A stretch of 32,000 bases of DNA, from contig DAOOUC010000007.1 in assembly GCA_035390665.1 (NCBI GenBank), positions 12,728 through 44,727 of the forward strand, written 5' to 3'. Within the stretch, counting starts at the first letter, position 1; every line of letters begins with the position of its first letter. Source of the stretch: an archaeon. GTDB lineage: Archaea; Iainarchaeota; Iainarchaeia; Iainarchaeales; CSSED10-239. Positions 27,111 through 32,000 of the stretch are shown here, in pieces. The position numbers were made by a program, and so were the translations under genes. Below the pieces are notes generated by a model. That model was not told the DNA's origin. It did no database searches and saw nothing but the letters and a program-made list of their open reading frames with translations.

Positions 27111-30086
27111 ATGTTTATTAAAAAAAAGGGTCAAATTTCTATAGAAGCTTTAATTATTGTAAGTGTCTTAATTGTTGGAGGAATAATCTTTGCAACAGTT
27201 TATCTTGGACAAAGAAATAAACTTGCACAAGATCAATCTAGAGTTTTAGGAACAATTGATAATATTGATTATTCAGGAGATTTTGAAACAATTACAAATC
27301 CACCAACACCACCAGAGCCACCAAATCCAAATGAATGTTCACCTTATCCTGAGCATTGTTGTAATAATATCCCAGATTATGATGAAGATGGATTAGATTG
27401 TGGAGGTTCAGATTGTACGCCATGTGGAACACCAGAGTATGGTTGTGAAAATTTAGGAGAACCAACATTTAGTCCAGAGGGTGGAGTATTTAGTGAAACA
27501 GTAAATTTAAATTTAAATTATATTGATGAGTCTTGTCCAGATGCAGAAATACATTATACAATAGGAACAACTCCAGCAGAACCAACAACAAGTGATCAAA
27601 TCTTTGTTCCATTTTCTGGTCCAATAGAAATAACAAGTACACAAACGGTTAAAGCAAAAGTTTTTGCAGAAAGAAATGGAAACACATTATCTGGAGATAC
27701 TGCAACTAGATATTATGAAATAAATCCAAGTGTTTGTAATAAAATTCCAGGAACTGTAACATTTATTCCAAAAGGAACAACCTATAATTCTTCATTAAAG
27801 GTAGAATTAGAATATTATGAAAAAAACTGTTCAACATATGATATATTGTATACAATAAGTGATGTAGGTATTCCACCAGTAATAGAAAATATATATTCTG
27901 CACCTATAATAATAGCAAATAAAGATAAAAACATTACTGCACGTGTAAGAGTTTTAAATTCTTTAGGAACTTATGTTTATGGACTTCCAAAAACTGAAAT
28001 ATATACTTATAATAAAAATGGTTGTGATGGAACAATAGAACGTCCAACATTTAATCCAGTAGGGGGAACATATAATCAGCCAGTATATTTAAGTTTAAGT
28101 TATAATAACGCAACATGTTCAGATTATAATATTCATTATACAACAAACAATACAGAACCAACAACATTATCACCAATTGCTGGGAGAAATAAATCAATAA
28201 ATATTTCTGTAGATAAAAATATTACTGCAAAAGTCTTTGCAAGAAATTCATCTGGAATCATAGTTTCAGGACCATCAAAAAAAGAAAACTATAGAATAAC
28301 AGCAGGTGGTTCTGTGTTATGTGCAAGCGGAGTTGGCGGAGGAACAGGAACAATAACTGATCCAAAAATCATTTGTACTCCAGAGGAACTTAACGATATA
28401 AGATTTGGAGCTAATCTAGGAAAATATTATGTTTTAGGTCAAGATATAGATCTTAATCACTCAATTCTTTCAAATTTAGATTTAAGCTGGGGATATAGTT
28501 CAACATATGGTTGGACACCAATAGGTTTACAAACAAATGTATTTACTGGGTCTTTAGATGGTAACGGATATAAGATAAAAAATCTATATATTAATAGACC
28601 TACAAATTATAATGGAGAATATCTTGGATTATTTGGATATCTTGGTGGAACAAATCCAACAATTAAAAATTTGGAATTAGTTAATGCAAATATTACAGGA
28701 TATGGATATGTTGGAGGATTAGTAGGAGTTTCTCCAAATAATGTTAATTCAATTATAGATAATATAACAGTTACAAATATTAATCTAAATTCAAATAATT
28801 TATCAGCAGGTGGAATTATTGGTGCAAATTATAGAGGAGTATTACAAAATAGTACATCTACAGGAAACATAACTGGGGTAATGGTTGTAGGTGGATTAGT
28901 TGGATCCACAGGTCAATATTCTTCAATAATTAATAGTAATTCTAGTGCTTCTGTTTCAGGTACAGAAATAATAGGCGGGTTAGTTGGAATAGCTGGCGGA
29001 TCAATATTAAATAGTTATTTTGAAGGAGATGTTTCTGGAGATGAATATATAGGAGGTATTTCTGGATCTTTATCAACAGGAAACATAAATAACAGTTATT
29101 TTAATGGAACAGTAACAGGTGATACAGTTGTTGGAGGAATCTCTGGAAATGCAAATCAAACAGCAAAAATAATGTCTAGTTATTGTACTAATATTGCATC
29201 AATAAATGGACAAACAAAAATAGGCGGAATTGTAGGAAATATATCTTTAGGACAAAGTACTTTTTCTATAATTGAAGACAGCAATTTTAATGGAACAGTA
29301 ACAGGAATTTCAGAAATTGGCGGAATATTAGGTTATGGAAAGGCAACACAATCTGGTAGTTATTCTAGAACAATTATAAATTCAAATTTACTAAATGGCA
29401 CAATCACAGGCGATTCAAATGTTGGAGGAATAGTAGGATATAGTAATCAAACAAATATTGAAGGATGTAAGTCTAATGGAAACATAGTAGGTAAAAATAA
29501 TGTAGGTGGAATTACTGGACAAAGTTCTTCTCAACTAATATCAAATTCTTCTTTTTCAGGAACAATAACAAGCTCTGGTTCTGGAAATAATTTTGGAGGA
29601 ATAGCAGGATTTAATCAATCTAGTTATTTATTTAATAATTATTCTAAAGGAAATGTAACTGCAGGATCAAATGTAAATAATGTTGGTGGTCTTGTAGGGC
29701 AATGTAAATATGTTGCATCCAATATTTATAATAATTATTGTGTAAGTCCAGTAACTGGTGGTAATAATGTAGGTGGATTTATAGGATATTCAGAAAATTG
29801 TGGTGTTCAAAAAAATTATTCTACAGGAGCAGTAACAGGTACTACAAATGCAGGTGGATTTATTGGATCTATATCTGCTGGATTTTATAATTTTAATTAT
29901 TGGAATACACAAACATCAGGTAAAACAACAAGTGCAACAGGAACAGGAAAAACAACCGCCGAAATGAAACAACAAGCAACATTTGTTGGTTTTAATTTTA
30001 ATCCAGGAGATAATTTATGGAATATTAACGCAGGAAGCACATATCCATATTTAAGGCAAAATACACAAATGCCACTCCCAAATTAA
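27111..30086 (+). CDS. Giant surface protein: pilin-like N-terminus + chitobiase/Fn3-like domains + GLUG repeats
   Basis: MFIKKKGQISIEALIIVSVLIVGGIIFATVYL; repeated P.F.P.GG.Y...V.L.........I.YT.....P (CHB_HEX_C-like) units; GLUG repeats (VVGGLVGS, YIGGISGSL); C-terminus YPYLRQNTQMPLPN. Confidence 0.88.
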   Translation: MFIKKKGQISIEALIIVSVLIVGGIIFATVYLGQRNKLAQDQSRVLGTIDNIDYSGDFETITNPPTPPEPPNPNECSPYPEHCCNNIPDYDEDGLDCGGSDCTPCGTPEYGCENLGEPTFSPEGGVFSETVNLNLNYIDESCPDAEIHYTIGTTPAEPTTSDQIFVPFSGPIEITSTQTVKAKVFAERNGNTLSGDTATRYYEINPSVCNKIPGTVTFIPKGTTYNSSLKVELEYYEKNCSTYDILYTISDVGIPPVIENIYSAPIIIANKDKNITARVRVLNSLGTYVYGLPKTEIYTYNKNGCDGTIERPTFNPVGGTYNQPVYLSLSYNNATCSDYNIHYTTNNTEPTTLSPIAGRNKSINISVDKNITAKVFARNSSGIIVSGPSKKENYRITAGGSVLCASGVGGGTGTITDPKIICTPEELNDIRFGANLGKYYVLGQDIDLNHSILSNLDLSWGYSSTYGWTPIGLQTNVFTGSLDGNGYKIKNLYINRPTNYNGEYLGLFGYLGGTNPTIKNLELVNANITGYGYVGGLVGVSPNNVNSIIDNITVTNINLNSNNLSAGGIIGANYRGVLQNSTSTGNITGVMVVGGLVGSTGQYSSIINSNSSASVSGTEIIGGLVGIAGGSILNSYFEGDVSGDEYIGGISGSLSTGNINNSYFNGTVTGDTVVGGISGNANQTAKIMSSYCTNIASINGQTKIGGIVGNISLGQSTFSIIEDSNFNGTVTGISEIGGILGYGKATQSGSYSRTIINSNLLNGTITGDSNVGGIVGYSNQTNIEGCKSNGNIVGKNNVGGITGQSSSQLISNSSFSGTITSSGSGNNFGGIAGFNQSSYLFNNYSKGNVTAGSNVNNVGGLVGQCKYVASNIYNNYCVSPVTGGNNVGGFIGYSENCGVQKNYSTGAVTGTTNAGGFIGSISAGFYNFNYWNTQTSGKTTSATGTGKTTAEMKQQATFVGFNFNPGDNLWNINAGSTYPYLRQNTQMPLPN

Positions 30087-30163
30087 TTTTACTTTACCTT
30101 TTATATTTATTTCTTTTCTTAAATATATTTATTAATTGAATATAATTAATAGAAGAAATATTT

Positions 30164-32000
30164 ATGAATACAAAAAGTTATTTATTAATCTTATCAATTT
30201 TATTAATCTTCTTATCTAATTTTATATGTGCAGAAGAGTTAGATTTTTCTATTACTCAAAAGATATTTACTAATTTAGGAATAACAGAAAATAAAGAAGA
30301 AATATACTTAGATCATGGAGGAGTATTATATCCCCCAGAAAATGAATTAAGAAAACAAGGATTAAATTTAAGTTCTTATAAACAACAATTAAGAGATACA
30401 GCATCAATAAATAGAAATTCAAGTGTTGCAAATATTTGGGGAACAAGTCCATTGTCTGGAACTGTCCATATTCCTGTTCTTTTAGTTCAATTTTCAGATA
30501 ATCAAGCAACCTATACTCAATCTCAATTAAATGAAGCATTTAATAGTAGTAATTATCTGGTAAATAATATTTCAGGAATAAGTTTAAGTAAATATTATTA
30601 TAAGCAATCATATGGAGACCTTAATTTAGTATTTGATGTTTATGATTGGAGAACCGCACCAAGCACCTATTCTTATTATTCTCAAAATAATACAACTTCT
30701 TTTCAATTAGGAATTGATACAGTTAATTTATTTAATCCATATATTGATTATACACAATATGATAATGATAATGATGGAAGATTAGATGGTATGATAATAA
30801 TTTATCCTGGAGTTGGCACGAATGCACCAAATGGTATTTGGCCACATGCTAGAATCTTAAGACAATATAATTCTAATCCAATGGATGGAAAATATTTAGG
30901 AAATATTGCATTTGTTCCTGAGAAATCTACAGGTTCTTTAAATGCTTTTTCTGTAGTTACTGTAGCTCATGAGTTTGCACATGTTTTAGGGTTAATGGAT
31001 CTTTATTCAATCAACCCAACAACAGGAGCACAAAGTAATGGTGCTGTAAGGCAAATGACAATGATGGCACATAGTGTTCCAAGTTTTGCTTGTGCAATTA
31101 AGCCAATTAACTTAGACGTTTGGTCTCGTTATTTCTTTGGTTGGATCGAGCCAGAAATCTTAACCACAGATAGTAATAAAAATATAAGTCTTAGAAGTGT
31201 AAATGATTATCCAGACGCAGTAATTTTAAAAAATAATAATTTTGGTACAAGAGAATTTTTTATAATAGAAAATAGATATAGAAGTTTAACAGATCCAAAT
31301 AATTTAGACAAATGTATGTTTAGTGATTCTACATACGATACTGGAGGATTTGCAATTTATCATGTTGATGAACAATATATAGAGGAGAATTATCCTACAA
31401 ATTCTATAATGTATGATTCAGATAGCAATTATTGTGGAGACACCATAAGTCACCCAGGACTTTTATATGAACAAAATTATGTTACATCTTGTAGTACTTC
31501 AATAAATGTAGATAGAACAGATCTATATTTTAATAGTGAAATAAATAATTGTAATTTATCTAGATTTGATGAAAATCAATATATGTGTCCAGGACCATTT
31601 TGGTTTCCAATTTTAGATTTAACAACAAGAAGTTATACTGGAGTAAATAATACTTTTGTTAGATTTCAAGCAATTAGCCCTGCAAGTCAATTTACAATGA
31701 ATGCAAAAATGCTTGTTGGGCAAGAGACCGCAAATCCTGAATTGTTTCCAAATCCAGGAACATATCCTCAAACTACACAAGTTACCATAAATACAACAAC
31801 ACCTAATGCTATAATTTATTACACAACAGACGGAACAAATCCAACAACAAACAGTCTAATCTACACATCTCCAATAACTGTAACTGAAGGCACAACAACA
31901 ATAAAAGCAATAGCAAAAAGAAATGATTATTATATAAGTGACATTATGTCAAGTACATACACAATAACTGGGACTGTTGCAACACCAACAGCTAATCAAA
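30164..32000 (+). CDS. Secreted M6-like metallopeptidase, C-terminal CHB_HEX_C-like domain, partial (runs off right edge)
   Basis: Own translation: signal peptide MNTKSYLLILSILLIFLSNFICAEE; zinc motif TVAHEFAHVLGLMDLYS; DNDNDGRLDGMIIIYPG; C-terminal NPGTYPQTTQVTINTTTPNAIIYYTTDGTNPTT. Confidence 0.85.
   Translation, partial: MNTKSYLLILSILLIFLSNFICAEELDFSITQKIFTNLGITENKEEIYLDHGGVLYPPENELRKQGLNLSSYKQQLRDTASINRNSSVANIWGTSPLSGTVHIPVLLVQFSDNQATYTQSQLNEAFNSSNYLVNNISGISLSKYYYKQSYGDLNLVFDVYDWRTAPSTYSYYSQNNTTSFQLGIDTVNLFNPYIDYTQYDNDNDGRLDGMIIIYPGVGTNAPNGIWPHARILRQYNSNPMDGKYLGNIAFVPEKSTGSLNAFSVVTVAHEFAHVLGLMDLYSINPTTGAQSNGAVRQMTMMAHSVPSFACAIKPINLDVWSRYFFGWIEPEILTTDSNKNISLRSVNDYPDAVILKNNNFGTREFFIIENRYRSLTDPNNLDKCMFSDSTYDTGGFAIYHVDEQYIEENYPTNSIMYDSDSNYCGDTISHPGLLYEQNYVTSCSTSINVDRTDLYFNSEINNCNLSRFDENQYMCPGPFWFPILDLTTRSYTGVNNTFVRFQAISPASQFTMNAKMLVGQETANPELFPNPGTYPQTTQVTINTTTPNAIIYYTTDGTNPTTNSLIYTSPITVTEGTTTIKAIAKRNDYYISDIMSSTYTITGTVATPTANQ

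Noticed and set aside
27111-32000. Considered an Asgard/archaeal pilus assembly locus
   Set aside because: Only pilin-like N-termini are present; no ATPase, platform protein or prepilin peptidase in the window.

Overview
This AT-rich 32 kb window comes from an archaeon. I infer a DPANN/Nanoarchaeota-like lineage from class III pilin-like N-termini, archaeal-type AspRS, an archaeal-style SRP RNA with an upstream TATA box, and FtsZ. Housekeeping content includes aspS, thrS, ftsZ, SRP RNA, tRNA-Ser(GCU), tRNA-Leu(CAA), tRNA-Val(CAC) and a MacB-like ABC exporter cut by the left edge. The rest is rich in secreted or surface proteins: a papain-like protease, a DUF333+Kazal protein, a 1657-aa exported protein, two giant pilin-anchored GLUG-repeat proteins, and an M6-like metalloprotease cut by the right edge. 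The strongest candidate for something undescribed is the 1657-aa protein (8087..13060). It appears to combine an NlpC/P60-like Cys-His domain, a complete L,D-transpeptidase (YkuD) signature, and a C-terminal lysozyme/SLT-like domain, which is unexpected in an organism not expected to make canonical peptidoglycan. It is divergent from a small operon encoding a 39-aa membrane peptide, a secreted protein, a membrane-anchored winged-helix protein and a Kazal protein, with a 10-bp tandem repeat between them. I also found an unannotated 46-aa antitoxin ORF overlapping a MazF-like toxin, and a KilA-N gene with an unusual C7+hairpin leader and a perfect 30-bp palindrome in its coding region.
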